DNA of 63,168 bases, filler included, from Octopus bimaculoides (GCF_001194135.2; 7 parts of 4 records of this genome joined end to end with filler, not necessarily neighbours in it); one strand, 5' to 3'. Numbered from the whole stretch's first letter, positions 13,736-26,619 are shown. Made by a program: numbers and translations. The notes: generated by a model not told the origin, from the letters alone.

Positions 13736-14758
13736 TTAAAACTGTTTAATGCTGAAGATGAGTGAGTCGAAACCCATGTTATTGTAGTCGCGTATTATTT
13801 TACGAACCCAAATGCTCGGTAAGCAAAATAAACACCGGCATGATTTAACTCAAGAGCGTGAAATTAGTTATCGAAAATCATGCAACCAAATTGACTTCTG
13901 ACTTTGTAATGTTCACTGCGTTGACAATTACAATAATGACTTTTAATACAAGCGTAAGGCAACATATTTATCGATTCGTGTTCTTGACTGATAATTATTT
14001 TATCAGAGATTTAATTCATCTCCACTATTTAAATAGTACTTAGTTTATCGACCCCGGAGAGGATATCATTATGATCGTCTGCGGTAAAATTTGAACTTAG
14101 AACACAAAATACTGTGCTATTTTTTTAATAACACTTCTGCACCTCCCACGCTGTCGATAAGAGTAAATACTAAAAAAGACTCTTTTGGATATATTCCAAG
14201 TAACATTCATTTATTCTTTTTCTTGTAGTGTCATTCTCTCCAGTGCTATGCCAAATATTTATTGATGTTGTTGTAGATATTGATTTGACTGCTTCAGGAG
14301 TGTGATGCATCCGTGCGTTTGATAATTGTTACCAATTAAAAACCAATCTGATGAACATAAGCGTCATTGGTTCATCTACGTTGATTGAGCAGAGGATAAA
14401 ATGTGTATGAAACATCTGTTTCACATCTGTCAAGCGTATTTCACATCTGTTACGTGTGTTTATTGATATATTCCACAGGAGCCTCAGCTCGAAGCTGGCC
14501 ATGTCACTTGGATATTATCCATTTTGCTGAAAATAGGATTGTTCGTGTAATTTTTCTTCTTATTTTTCTTTTATTTCGCAATGTGTTATTGCATAAAGAT
14601 AGCCATGCAGTTAGGAAGATTGCTTCCAAACCGCATCGCCCGTATTCGACACTATCGCATAGCAAATTGAATCTTTTGGGTTATATCTTGTGAATTTTAT
14701 TACGTGTGTGTGTGNNNNNNNNNNNNNNNNNNNNNNNNNNNNNNNNNNNNNNNNNNNN

Positions 14759-14770
14759 TTAATTAATTAA
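14759..14770. other. Artificial contig-join linker TTAATTAATTAA within a 100-bp N spacer
   Basis: 44 N + TTAATTAATTAA + 44 N; the 12-mer gives stops in all six frames. Confidence 0.95.
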
Positions 14771-14826
14771 NNNNNNNNNNNNNNNNNNNNNNNNNNNNNN
14801 NNNNNNNNNNNNNNTATATATATATA

Positions 14827-15050
14827 CATATATATATCATCATCATCATCGTTTAACATCCGTTTTCCATGCTGGTATGGGTTGGATGGTTTGACTGAGG
14901 ACTGGCAAGCCAGGAGGCTGCACCAGGCTCCAATCTGATCTGGCAAGGTTTCTACAGCTGGTTGCCCTTCCTAAAGCCAACCACTCCAAGAGTGTAGTGG
15001 GTGCTTTTTATGTGCCACCAGCATGGGCGCCAGTCAGGCAGTACTGGCAT
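14827..15050 (-). mobile_element. RTE-type LINE 3' tail or RTE-tailed SINE
   Basis: (CAT)n + CGTTTAACATCCGTTTTCCATGCTGGTATGGGTTGGA..., homologous to 17445-17640, 23545-23720 and 24355-24483. Confidence 0.7.
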
Positions 15051-17064
15051 TTTAACTATGTATATATGTGTGTGTGTATGCATGACTCTGTGTGTATGTG
15101 TGTGAATGGTGGTCTTAGTGTCTCTATTTTTTTGATACCAGAAGCTAATTGTAAATAAACATGTTTTATACAAGCAGTGTTATTCAATTGCAATCATCTG
15201 TGAAAACACATCCAGCTATTGGACTGTTGTTGTTTAAAGGACTTGAGGAAAATAGCTTGCTTGGAAACATGTGAGAGTTGGTGACAAGAAGAGCATGGCT
15301 ATAGAAAATCTATGTCAAGTGTTGCTGCTTGACACGTGGGCCAAGGGAGTGATCTCATTCATTGTGTGCCCTCCTCCTGGATGGTTTGAAGGCTTGGCTG
15401 CTGGAACTGAAATTAACACTATGCATCCTTCCCCTCCATTGGTCAGTTGAAGCTTAGATAGCGTCAGGTGACAGTTAGCTTGTGCTGGCTGTTGGAGCCT
15501 GCCAGCGAGTATTTAAATGGAAATTTGGCAGGTTGGTCATTCGCCGCCCGCTGACATACATTGACATTGTATTGAAGAAACGAAAGAACAAAAGGCCAAA
15601 GAAAAAGGAGAAAGAAAAAAACGTACTCAATACCTGAGCTGAAGACACCTCCAAAAGGGGTGGGAGACACCATGTCGAAAACGGTAAAAGAGTAGGGCTG
15701 AAACAGGACATGATTCCTCCTGATGATGTCTTTAGCCACTGGCTCCTATAAAGGAGCTGTTGAGGTAACAAACCACGAAATGTGGTTGGAATTCTTCATC
15801 TGATCCATGAAAGCATACAAAAGTGAACTTTCAAATATCTATGATGATTATGATGATGAAGTAATGATGTAAGAAGTGCCAACAAAAGTTTTGCCTTCAT
15901 ATATGAAATCCAAAATGAGTCCTGCTGTATCTATAGACTTACTCTCGGGAGTTCAGTTCAGAAAGCTAGCGGAGCATTCATTATTGCTGACATTGATAAG
16001 TTATTCCTATCTTGATCAGTGGTGTAGTGTGGGTTTCAGCCACCCTGTGCCAGAGCCAAAAGTGCTGTCCTCTTCCTTGGTCATTGCTTCTGTAAGGTCC
16101 AACACTCGAAAGGAACTCGACCACTTTGCCCCTATCGGGCCCAATGCTTGAAAGGAACTGAGCCACTTGCCAACCACTACGACAAAGATACATATATAAA
16201 GTGGCTGCCCTGTGTGGCCTGCACATCCAGCACACTTCTCACTATGATACTGACCTTGATGTACCAACTAATATGAGGTGGATTGGGGTCATCTGAGAGG
16301 TCAGATGTCTTGACTGTAGTTACACACAGCAGTGGTAAGGTTTTGGTTGTAGTGTCCAATAGGCAAAGAAAAAAAATAAAATAAAATAAAAATTTGAAAT
16401 TAATAAACTTGCAGAATAACCCTGTACCCATGTGAGGGAGGTAGATCCCTAGCCCGTAATGCAACGTGCTGTGACACATTCTCCTGCTTCAATCTTGTTA
16501 CATCAGTCACAAGTCTGGGCATCGAACCTGTAACACAGAGGAGAGAAAGATAAACAGACACAAAAGCCTGACCAGCTGCTATCCGTTCATGCCAGTCACC
16601 ATTGAGACGTTGAGTTCTCAGACCCTGCACTGTCAGTTTCCTCTGCAAAATTGGGATAACTATGGTCTGTCCAAGAAACAAGCCCTGCAGGGTTGAGTAG
16701 CTGTTGCAGTGAGTGATGCTGGTTATACCCCATGGCAACACCATTGCGATCATGTCCACAAGGCATGGCTAAATGTACAATTTGTTCTGGAGCGTACAAC
16801 CCCTTTCTCCCTCCCCCCACTTTTTACTTTTTTTTTTGTTTCCTTAGTGAGGTAGTTCTAGGTTTTTTTCTCAATAATTTGATCTTTTATACTTTTAATG
16901 TTTTTTCTTTCTTTTTTTTCCTGTAAAAATATGCTGTTAATAACATCTATATAAGATCCAAAAAAATTACAAGAATAAAAAAAGAATTTCACACATAAAA
17001 ATAATACAAGAAATCCGACTTAAACATTTTGGCATATCTCAGAAGTATTTCCTTTCTTTGGCAG

Positions 17065-17189
17065 ATTGACAACTTGATCATGGTAGATGATTGTGGTATA
17101 GATGGTGTCAATAATTTCAAAAGTCTCTATAGACTTCATGTCAATCCAAACATGCTCTTTGTCAAAGTGTCTCTCAGTGAAAATAAAAG
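17065..17189 (+). CDS. Candidate internal exon, unknown protein (IDNLIMVDDCGIDGVNNFKSLYRLHVNPNMLFVKVSLSENK)
   Basis: TTTCCTTTCTTTGGCAG acceptor, AAAG|GTATGT donor, only one open frame, phase 0-2. Confidence 0.5.
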
Positions 17190-17408
17190 GTATGTTACAT
17201 ATCAACTTTTAATCTTGTATTGATGTATATGCATTTGCATTATAGATCTGCACTGCATTATGTAGTGCAGATCCATAATGCTCAATTTTAGGTGCATGCT
17301 TGTATATGTATAAGAATGGCTGTGGGGTTAAGAAATTCGCTTCCTATCCACATAGTTTCAGGTTCAGTATCTTCTACAATAATCTCAAGCCAACCAAAGC
17401 CTTGTGTG

Positions 17409-17444
<36 letters not shown>

Positions 17445-17447
<3 letters not shown>

Positions 17448-18462
17448 TCATCATCATCATCGTTTAACGTCCGCTTTCCATGCTAGCATGGGTTGGACGA
17501 TTTGACTGAGGACTGGTGAAACCGGATGGCAACACCAGGCTCCAGTCTAATTTGGCAAAGTTTCTACAGCTGGATGCCCTTCCTAACGCCAACCACTCAG
17601 AGAGTGTAGTGGGTGCTTTTACGTGTCACCCGCACGAAAACGGCNNNNNNNNNNNNNNNNNNNNNNNNNNNNNNNNNNNNNNNNNNNNNNNNNNNNNNNN
17701 NNNNNNNNNNNNNNNNNNNNNNNNNNNNNNNNNNNNNNNNNNNNNNNNNNNNNNNNNNNNNNNNNNNNNNNNNNNNNNNNNNNNNNNNNNNNNNNNNNNN
17801 NNNNNNNNNNNNNNNNNNNNNNNNNNNNNNNNNNNNNNNNNNNNNNNNNNNNNNNNNNNNNNNNNNNNNNNNNNNNNNNNNNNNNNNNNNNNNNNNNNNN
17901 NNNNNNNNNNNNNNNNNNNNNNNNNNNNNNNNNNNNNNNNNNNNNNNNNNNNNNNNNNNNNNNNNNNNNNNNNNNNNNNNNNNNNNNNNNNNNNNNNNNN
18001 NNNNNNNNNNNNNNNNNNNNNNNNNNNNNNNNNNNNNNNNNNNNNNNNNNNNNNNNNNNNNNNNNNNNNNNNNNNNNNNNNNNNNNNNNNNNNNNNNNNN
18101 NNNNNNNNNNNNNNNNNNNNNNNNNNNNNNNNNNNNNNNNNNNNNNNNNNNNNNNNNNNNNNNNNNNNNNNNNNNNNNNNNNNNNNNNNNNNNNNNNNNN
18201 NNNNNNNNNNNNNNNNNNNNNNNNNNNNNNNNNNNNNNNNNNNNNNNNNNNNNNNNNNNNNNNNNNNNNNNNNNNNNNNNNNNNNNNNNNNNNNNNNNNN
18301 NNNNNNNNNNNNNNNNNNNNNNNNNNNNNNNNNNNNNNNNNNNNNNNNNNNNNAGCTACACTTTCAGCGCACCCACCCCCACTACTAACTTGGTCGCCCA
18401 GATAGCGGAAGCTATCGACTACCTCTAGTTTTTCACCCTGGAATGAGATAGAAGTTGTTTCC
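17445..18462 (-). mobile_element. RTE (BovB-like) LINE fragment spanning a gap
   Basis: Minus strand SFQGEKLEVVDSFRYLGDQVSSGGGCAESVA (RT C-terminal motif) on one side of the gap; RTE 3' UTR with (GAT)n tail on the other. Confidence 0.8.
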
Positions 18463-18463
18463 T

Positions 18464-18506
<43 letters not shown>

Positions 18507-18519
18507 GAGCAATAGTGGT

Positions 18520-18663
18520 GTCAATTAGACCCAGAGGTTTCAGGTAATGCTGAGTAATAAATTGTGACTAATGTTTGGTAGAAGATTTTAATTCAAAACT
18601 TATGGAAACAAGACATTTGTAGCCAGAGCCAGTTTCAGCCGGGTTGGTAATGAAAGGGTTGAA
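18520..18663. mobile_element. Possible non-autonomous piggyBac-like element end
   Basis: Ends ...CAGCCGGGTTGGTAATGAAAGGGTT(G)AA, resembling a CCCTT-type terminus next to a TTAA-like site. Confidence 0.3.
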
Positions 18664-19079
18664 CTTCTCTGCATCATCATCCGAAGTGTAAGATTTTATT
18701 CTACCCTGGTGATGGAGGCTCGATTTATCCATTGTTTATTTGCTTCCATTATGACCTGTATGTTGTGGTGAACTACATTTGCCAACATTATTATGGATCT
18801 CCATGTCCCCAGAAACAGCCATTGAACTAGTAACACTTTACCTCTTCCCCTCTAATTTTCTCTGTCGCTTGTACTCTGTCTAAGTTTGATCTATTAATAT
18901 AAATATCTCTTATATTTATACTTAAATATTTACCATCTGAGAGTCTTCGCCTTCTTTCTGTTTGCATGTATACATATAGACATATTTTTTATTTATCAAA
19001 CCCTAGCTGTTATATTTAATTTGTTTATCTACATAATCACCTCTCTCTCTCTCTCTCTCTCACTTACTGTGTGTGTATG

Positions 19080-19112
<33 letters not shown>

Positions 19113-19698
19113 NNNNNNNNNNNNNNNNNNNNNNNNNNNNNNNNNNNNNNNNNNNNNNNNNNNNNNNNNNNNNNNNNNNNNNNNNNNNNNNNNNNNNNNN
19201 NNNNNNNNNNNNNNNNNNNNNNNNNNNNNNNNNNNNNNNNNNNNNNNNNNNNNNNNNNNNNNNNNNNNNNNNNNNNNNNNNNNNNNNNNNNNNNNNNNNN
19301 NNNNNNNNNNNNNNNNNNNNNNNNNNNNNNNNNNNNNNNNNNNNNNNNNNNNNNNNNNNNNNNNNNNNNNNNNNNNNNNNNNNNNNNNNNNNNNNNNNNN
19401 NNNNNNNNNNNNNNNNNNNNNNNNNNNNNNNNNNNNNNNNNNNNNNNNNNNNNNNNNNNNNNNNNNNNNNNNNNNNNNNNNNNNNNNNNNNNNNNNNNNN
19501 NNNNNNNNNNNNNNNNNNNNNNNNNNNNNNNNNNNNNNNNNNNNNNNNNNNNNNNNNNNNNNNNNNNNNNNNNNNNNNNNNNNNNNNNNNNNNNNNNNNN
19601 NNNNNNNNNNNNNNNNNNNNNNNNNNNNNNNNNNNNNNNNNNNNNNNNNNNNNNNNNNNNCACACACTTTACCACTTCATACTAAAAATATTTTTTCT

Positions 19699-19747
19699 GT
19701 CTCCGATGAAGGGAAGTACTGGATCTTCCCAGAAACAGCTGTAAGAC
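19699..19747 (+). ncRNA. Minimal type-I hammerhead-like motif (core variant CCGATGA)
   Basis: GTCT-CCGATGA-A-GGGAAG tactggat CTTCCC-A-GAAA-CAGCTG-TA-AGAC: helix I GTCT/AGAC, 6-bp helix II, palindromic helix III ACAGCTGT. Confidence 0.6.
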
Positions 19748-19823
19748 TCTATCCATAAAATTCTTCAACCTTACCTTTGCTCTCTTTATCTTTTTGTTTT
19801 TATATATTTACATATATATATGT

Positions 19824-19873
<50 letters not shown>

Positions 19874-20013
19874 TGTGTGTGTGTGTATATATATAGAGAG
19901 AGAGAGAGAGCTTCAAGCAGAATGATATAAATATAACTACAATGGAAGACAAGTGAAAACAAGGTGTAATTATTAGTTTGAGGCTGAATAAGAGCTTAAG
20001 AAAGTGGCAGTGT

Positions 20014-20049
20014 CTTTGATGTTTTGAGCTTAAGCTCTTCTTCAGAAAG
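20014..20049 (-). ncRNA. Decayed minimal hammerhead-like motif
   Basis: Minus strand CTTT-CTGAAGA-A-GAGC TTAA GCTC-AAAA-CA-TC-AAAG; two G>A changes separate it from GAAA-CG-TC. Confidence 0.5.
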
Positions 20050-20399
20050 TTAGATTGTTAGAAGGGAGGAAAAGATAAATGAAAGGAAAAAATGAATGAT
20101 GGAGAAATATGTATTACTGCTAATACCATATAATAAAGATAGTCTGCTGGCACATTTATGCTGGAAAAGGTTATATACAAATGAGAAACAAACAGAAAAA
20201 AAATAGTTTCCTGTTTGAGTTTATATTGAGTTTATCTGTTGAGATGTATTATATAAATATAAATGTGTGTGTGTGTATGTCTTTGTGTGTTTGTATGTAT
20301 ATGTATGTATGTATATGTGTATAAGTATGTGTCTCTGTGTGTGTAGTATATATATATGTATATGTATGTAGATATATATATATATATATATATGTATGT

Positions 20400-20457
<58 letters not shown>

Positions 20458-20597
20458 ATGTGTATATATATGTATATATATAAAATATACATATATATAT
20501 ATGTATGTGTGTGTATATATATATGCATGTATATATATGTATATATATGTGTGCATTTATGTGTGTGTATATATATGTGTGTATGTGTATATATATG

Positions 20598-20666
<69 letters not shown>

Positions 20667-20767
20667 ATGTGTCTATATATATATATATGTATATGCATAT
20701 GTATATGTCTGTATATATATATATATATATGTTTATGTATGTATATATGGATATGTGTGTGCATGTG

Positions 20768-20800
<33 letters not shown>

Positions 20801-21306
20801 ATATGTACGTATGTGTGCGCGTGTCAGCATATGCAATTTATTATTATCAAATTTGTCTGCTGTCCATGAGTATGTGCATAGCAGTTTGTCTATGACTGTA
20901 TAGTGTGTATGCACATGTGCTAGCATATCTATGTCTTTGCAGTATATGTGTATGTTTGTTCATGTGCAGGTGTGTATGCATTGTATTAATATATGCTTTG
21001 TTATGTTAAACATATATACGCGTATTTCTTTCTTCAAAGGCCATTATGAAAGCTAGATGGAAATATTGTTTATTTCTTTTCTTTTCCTCTTATTCTTTAT
21101 TCTTTTCAACTCTCTCTCTTTCATTTACATGCACATGAATGTGCACTGATGTTCACTTGCAAATACACCCTTCCCCACACCCATGGTCATGTACACATTG
21201 TGAGAGATGTTTTGTATGAAGTGGTGGGCGAAAAAGCTGGCAAGTTAGTGAAGCCATGCAAGACGATCATTGAATTATTTTAAAGATATATATATATATA
21301 TATATC

Positions 21307-21485
21307 GGAGGATGCGTGGCTGTGTGGTAAGTAGCTTGTTTACCAACCACATGGTTCTGGGTTCAGTCCCACTGTGTGGCATCTTGGGCAAGTGTCTTCT
21401 ACTATAGCCTTGGGCCAACCATAGCCTTATGAGTGGATTTGGTAGACGGAAACTGAAAGAAGCCTGTCATATATATGTATATATA

Positions 21486-21548
<63 letters not shown>

Positions 21549-21660
21549 ATATGTTTGTGTTCTCTGTTTGTCCCCCCCAACATCGCTTGACAACCGATGG
21601 TGGTGTATTTACGTCCCTGTAACTTAGTGGTTTGGCAAAAGAGACCGATAGAATAAGTGG
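21307..21660 (+). mobile_element. tRNA-derived CORE-like SINE with internal (TA)n/(TG)n
   Basis: GTGGCTGTGTGGTAAGTAGCTTG...GGGTTCAGTCCCACTG...CTTGGGCAAGTGTCTT head, internal microsatellite, CATCGCTTGACAACCGATG body. Confidence 0.85.
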
Positions 21661-22268
21661 GTCTGTTTGTATATTCGTTGCTAGTGAGGGTTTTACGAGG
21701 TCAGAGTGCAAATCCTTCCTCAACCTCTTTTAGTTGCTTCTAATGACATGCAGAAGAAATGTTGGATCTGTTCTTTGACACGCCAGTCCCCACACACAGC
21801 ACTAGAACAATGTAAAATGAATGTTTTGTTCAAGAACATAACACGCTGCCCAACCTGGGAATTGAACCCACAATCTAGTGATTGTGAAGCCAACACCCTA
21901 ACCACTTGACTACACGCCTTCATGCAGATATACTGATAAATAAATTAGTAGGTAGAAATAGACAGGTTGGTACATGAGAAGAAATACTGGGTCTATTCTT
22001 GGATATGCTGGTCCTCACACTACACAAGAGAAGTGTTTTGCTCAGGAATACAGCTTGCCGTCAAGTCTGGGAATCGAAGCCACGATTTGGTGATTGTGAG
22101 TAGAACACCCTAACCACTAGGCCACACGCCTGCATACAGGCATATGAATAAATAAATTGGTAGGTAGAGACAGACATGTTGGTACATATGTAGATGGAGT
22201 GGTATGTAGTTGACATACAGATATATAAATTGATAGGTAGAAATAGATCGGCTGGTAGTCACTTATGA

Positions 22269-22299
<31 letters not shown>

Positions 22300-22735
22300 A
22301 AGAGAGAGAGAGAGAAGGGTGCCAAAATGTACTTAGCTTACTGCTGTCACTTGTGAGACAGAGATAATTAAATATATTACTTTGTTGAGGCAAATCATTA
22401 TAGAGATACTTTTAAGATGTTTCAAGTGTTAAGATAAGCTGCATCAGAATGTGTCACTTTGATGTAAGTCTCAGAAGAAAGCAATCGATTAACAAATATT
22501 ATTCAATAAACAGAATTTAGCCAAAAGCTTAACAAAAGAAATTCTAATTTTCAAAGACTGTCTTAGATACAGAGGTTATTTACCACACAAGAACTGACTA
22601 CAAGAGTCTTCAAAAGTAGTTGTTAATTAAGATAGTATCATGATTGAGGTAACTTAATTAAATTATGGACAAATATTTGATGTCTAGATATATGAACGTG
22701 TATGTGCATGGTTTAAGTTTGTCAGCATAAATATC

Positions 22736-22769
<34 letters not shown>

Positions 22770-22771
<2 letters not shown>

Positions 22772-22924
22772 CGTAGGAGTGGCTGTGTGGTAAGTAGCTT
22801 GCTTACCAACCACATGGTTCCGGGTTCAGTCCCACTGCGTGGCACCTTGGGCAAGTGTCTTCTATTATAGCCTCGGGCTGACCAAAACCTTGTGACCAAA
22901 ACTGAAAGAATCCCATCGTATATA

Positions 22925-22986
<62 letters not shown>

Positions 22987-23190
22987 CTTGTCCCCCCACC
23001 ATCGCTTGACAACCGATGCTGGTGTGTTTACGTCCCTGTAACTTAGCGGTTCGGCAAAAAGAGACTGATAGAATAAGTACTGGGCTTACAAAGAATAAGT
23101 CCTGGGGTCGATTTGCTTGACTAAAGGCGGTGCTCCAGCATGGCCACAGTCAAATGACTGAAACAAATAAAAGAGTAAAAGAGAAAAGAG
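22770..23190 (+). mobile_element. Near full-length copy of the same SINE
   Basis: GGCGTAGGAGTGGCTGTGTGGTAAG head through the GCTCCAGCATGGCCACAGTCAAATGACTGAAAC...(AAAGAG)n tail. Confidence 0.9.
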
Positions 23191-23420
23191 AGAGCGTATA
23201 AGGTGTCTCTCTCTCTTTCTCTCTCTCACACACACATATATATGTATGTAGGACAGACATGGCTGTGTGGTTGAGCTGTTTGCTTCCCTACCATGTGGTT
23301 TTAGTTTCAAATCCATTGCATGGCATCTTGGGCAAGAGTCTTCTACTAACAACCTGGGCCAACCAAAAGCTTGTGAGTGAATTTGGTAGATAAAAATTGT
23401 GTGGACTCCCAGCATGTATA

Positions 23421-23453
<33 letters not shown>

Positions 23454-24116
23454 ATCTTCCCCCAACTATTTGACAACAGGTGTTAGTTTGTTTATATCCC
23501 TGCAACTTAGCAGTCCACCTAAGACACCGATAGAATATGCACCATCATCATCTTTTAGCATCCGTTTTCCATGCTGGCATGGGTTGGACGGTTTGACTGG
23601 AGATGATAAGCCAGAGAGCAGCACCAGGCTCCTGTCTGTTTTGGCTTGGTTCTTATGGTTAGAGGCCCTTCCTAATGCCAACCACTCCATAGAGTGTACT
23701 GGGTGTCTTTTATGTGTAACTTGCACAGTTGCCTTTAATGTGTCACTGGCATGAGTGCCTTATACGTGTCACTGGCACCGGTGCCTTTTGTGTGTCACCA
23801 GCACGAGTGCCTGTTACGTGTCCCCGGCAAGTACTGGAGTTGATTTGTTTGAATAAACTCTTTTTAAGGCAATGCTCCAGAATGGTCACGATTCAATGAC
23901 TGAAATGCATATAAAAGGAAAGATAATTCTGACTGTAGACCTTTAATCATGGGTTTTTGCCTGATTAGAGATGACCTGGAACAAAACAACTGCAACAATG
24001 GCCAACAACAGGCCTCAAAGAAAACCCTCAAAAAAAAAAAAAAGCATAGAATATTTGTATTTCCTATTTAATCCCCTGTAATAATCTCAATCTCATTTAT
24101 TTTGTTTCATTTAAAG

Positions 24117-24200
24117 TTCATCTTTAATCAAGAATGAAATGGGAAGCAGTGGTCTGGCCAAAGATATTGAAGTAGCTGGGTTCAGTGATCAAATCTTAAC
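24117..24200 (+). CDS. Candidate 84-nt symmetric exon (SSLIKNEMGSSGLAKDIEVAGFSDQIL), phase-compatible with 17065-17189
   Basis: TTTTGTTTCATTTAAAG acceptor, AAC|GTGAGT donor, phase 2-2, open frame. Confidence 0.5.
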
Positions 24201-24354
24201 GTGAGTATATTTTGAATTTTTTTTTTTTTTTTGACAAACGTTATGCATTTCATGTGTTTGTCAAAACACATGAAATGCAGAACAATAAAATGTTTAATGA
24301 ATACTAAATACAACACTGAAACTGTAATCTGGTCTGCATGCACAAATGCTATAC

Positions 24355-24483
24355 TAGAAACTCTGCCAAATTAGACTGGAGCCTAGTGTTGCCATCCGGT
24401 TTCACCAGTCCTCAGTCAAATTGTCCAACCCATGCTAGCATGGAAAGCGGACGTTAAACGATGATGATGATGATGATGATGAT
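24355..24483 (+). mobile_element. RTE LINE 3' end with (GAT)n tail
   Basis: Near-exact reverse complement of ~17450-17560. Confidence 0.8.
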
Positions 24484-24551
24484 GCACATGCATATAATAT
24501 AAATACATACACATCACACATACATATATTATAAATACACATACAGACATG

Positions 24552-24583
<32 letters not shown>

Positions 24584-24935
24584 NNNNNNNNNNNNNNATA
24601 TAATCAACAGTTGACAGTCTACTCAGAGTTTTGCCTTTTAGCCAATCTTCACTTAGGCAGCTGTCACATCCTTGCTATTAAAGCTGGAGTTTGGGTACAA
24701 ATTGACCTGAGCACTGATTGGTTGTGTGCATCTGTTACCTTACATCATTTGACATCGTATTACCTACCACAATTTATGCATATATAGTATTGTTGTTATT
24801 ATTATCATCATCATCATCGTCATCATCATCATTCAACATTTTGGCAGTTTCAGACAAATTTCTACTGCATTGCCTGCTACACCTCCATGTTGTTGGAGTG
24901 TGTGCAGCATTCCGTGTTCTTTTTTGTTGTTGGGA

Positions 24936-25018
<83 letters not shown>

Positions 25019-25739
25019 CATCATCATTATTATGGCAGTGAGCGGGCAGAATTGTTAGCATGCCAGGCAAAATGCTTTGTGGTATTTTACCCATTCTTAC
25101 GTTCTGAATTCAAATTTTGCTGAAGTCGACTTTACTTTTCATCCTTTTGCGGTCGATAAATTAAGTACCAGTCAAGTACTGGGGTCAATGTGATCGACTA
25201 TTCCCCCTCCCAACAAATTCCAGGCCTTGTGCCTATAATAGAAAGGATCATTATTATTTTTATTATTATTATTGAATGAGAGAGCAGTGCATGCTATCAA
25301 AGTGACACTGGAGTAAAATATACAAAGACCAATATACCCATCATGACTACCCATCTGATAAGGGTACACCAGACACATGCATCACAGTCATATGTGTGTG
25401 ACATGGGGATCTCATATCAAGATAAACAACGCATGACCTCGCAGGTGGGTCCCAGTTGAAATTTTTTTCAGTTTGAATAGCCCATCCTGCTCAAAAGATC
25501 CCTGAATAAGGGTTGTTTAAGGATGTTGAACAAAACACCCAGGTTTCCAAAGGTGAATTATCGAAACCCCAAAGAATTCCTCTCAACACATGACTATGAT
25601 ACTCCACCACTACTTCTGCTCATGATTAGAGATGCACATATCGTCAGCCACCAAGGGACATGCTCAATTGACAACTAATAAGCAAATCTGTGGTGTTGAG
25701 CAGAATATTTGCTGTAGCCCATTTTTTATACCAAGACAT

Positions 25740-26059
25740 TATTATTATTTTTATTGTTCAGTAGTTTTATTTTTATAACGTGCTTTCGCTTCACTACCGA
25801 GCGCAGCTCTGTGCGCCTTGGGTATGTGCTGTGGTTTGCTGTGGTTTGCTGTGGTGCTCTTATGTTTACTTGTATTGAAAGTGTTTTGCGTAGAATGTGT
25901 GCAGTACCCAGTAGTGCAATTTTCTGTATGTTATATATATTTGTAAGTCCTGGTGTTTTTGTTATGTATTTGTCTGAATATTTTTTTATTATACCTAAGG
26001 CACCTACTATGATAGGAATTGTTTCTGTTTTTAGATTCCACATTCGAGTTATCTCTATT
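25740..26059 (-). mobile_element. Dong/R4-like non-LTR retrotransposon 3' end (restriction-like endonuclease C-terminus)
   Basis: MWNLKTETIPIIVGALG...IQKIALLGTAHILRKTLS, followed by a 3' UTR and (AAT)n tail. Confidence 0.85.
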
Positions 26060-26619
26060 NNNNNNNNNNNNNNNNNNNNNNNNNNNNNNNNNNNNNNNNN
26101 NNNNNNNNNNNNNNNNNNNNNNNNNNNNNNNNNNNNNNNNNNNNNNNNNNNNNNNNNNNNNNNNNNNNNNNNNNNNNNNNNNNNNNNNNNNNNNNNNNNN
26201 NNNNNNNNNNNNNNNNNNNNNNNNNNNNNNNNNNNNNNNNNNNNNNNNNNNNNNNNNNNNNNNNNNNNNNNNNNNNNNNNNNNNNNNNNNNNNNNNNNNN
26301 NNNNNNNNNNNNNNNNNNNNNNNNNNNNNNNNNNNNNNNNNNNNNNNNNNNNNNNNNNNNNNNNNNNNNNNNNNNNNNNNNNNNNNNNNNNNNNNNNNNN
26401 NNNNNNNNNNNNNNNNNNNNNNNNNNNNNNNNNNNNNNNNNNNNNNNNNNNNNNNNNNNNNNNNNNNNNNNNNNNNNNNNNNNNNNNNNNNNNNNNNNNN
26501 NNNNNNNNNNNNNNNNNNNNNNNNNNNNNNNNAAGATGTCAGCATTGCAGGGAAGTGAAAGTATTTCAGACAAGTAAGTGCAATTGTTTAGTCTTAGATC
26601 TATGACAACCATATTTCGT

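Noticed and set aside
13748-13785. CTGAAGA...GAAA hammerhead-like motif
   Set aside because: Helix II and helix I pairing is inadequate.
15636-15760. CTGAAGA plus hairpin, and a CTGATGA at ~15719
   Set aside because: No correctly spaced GAAA with a helix I partner.
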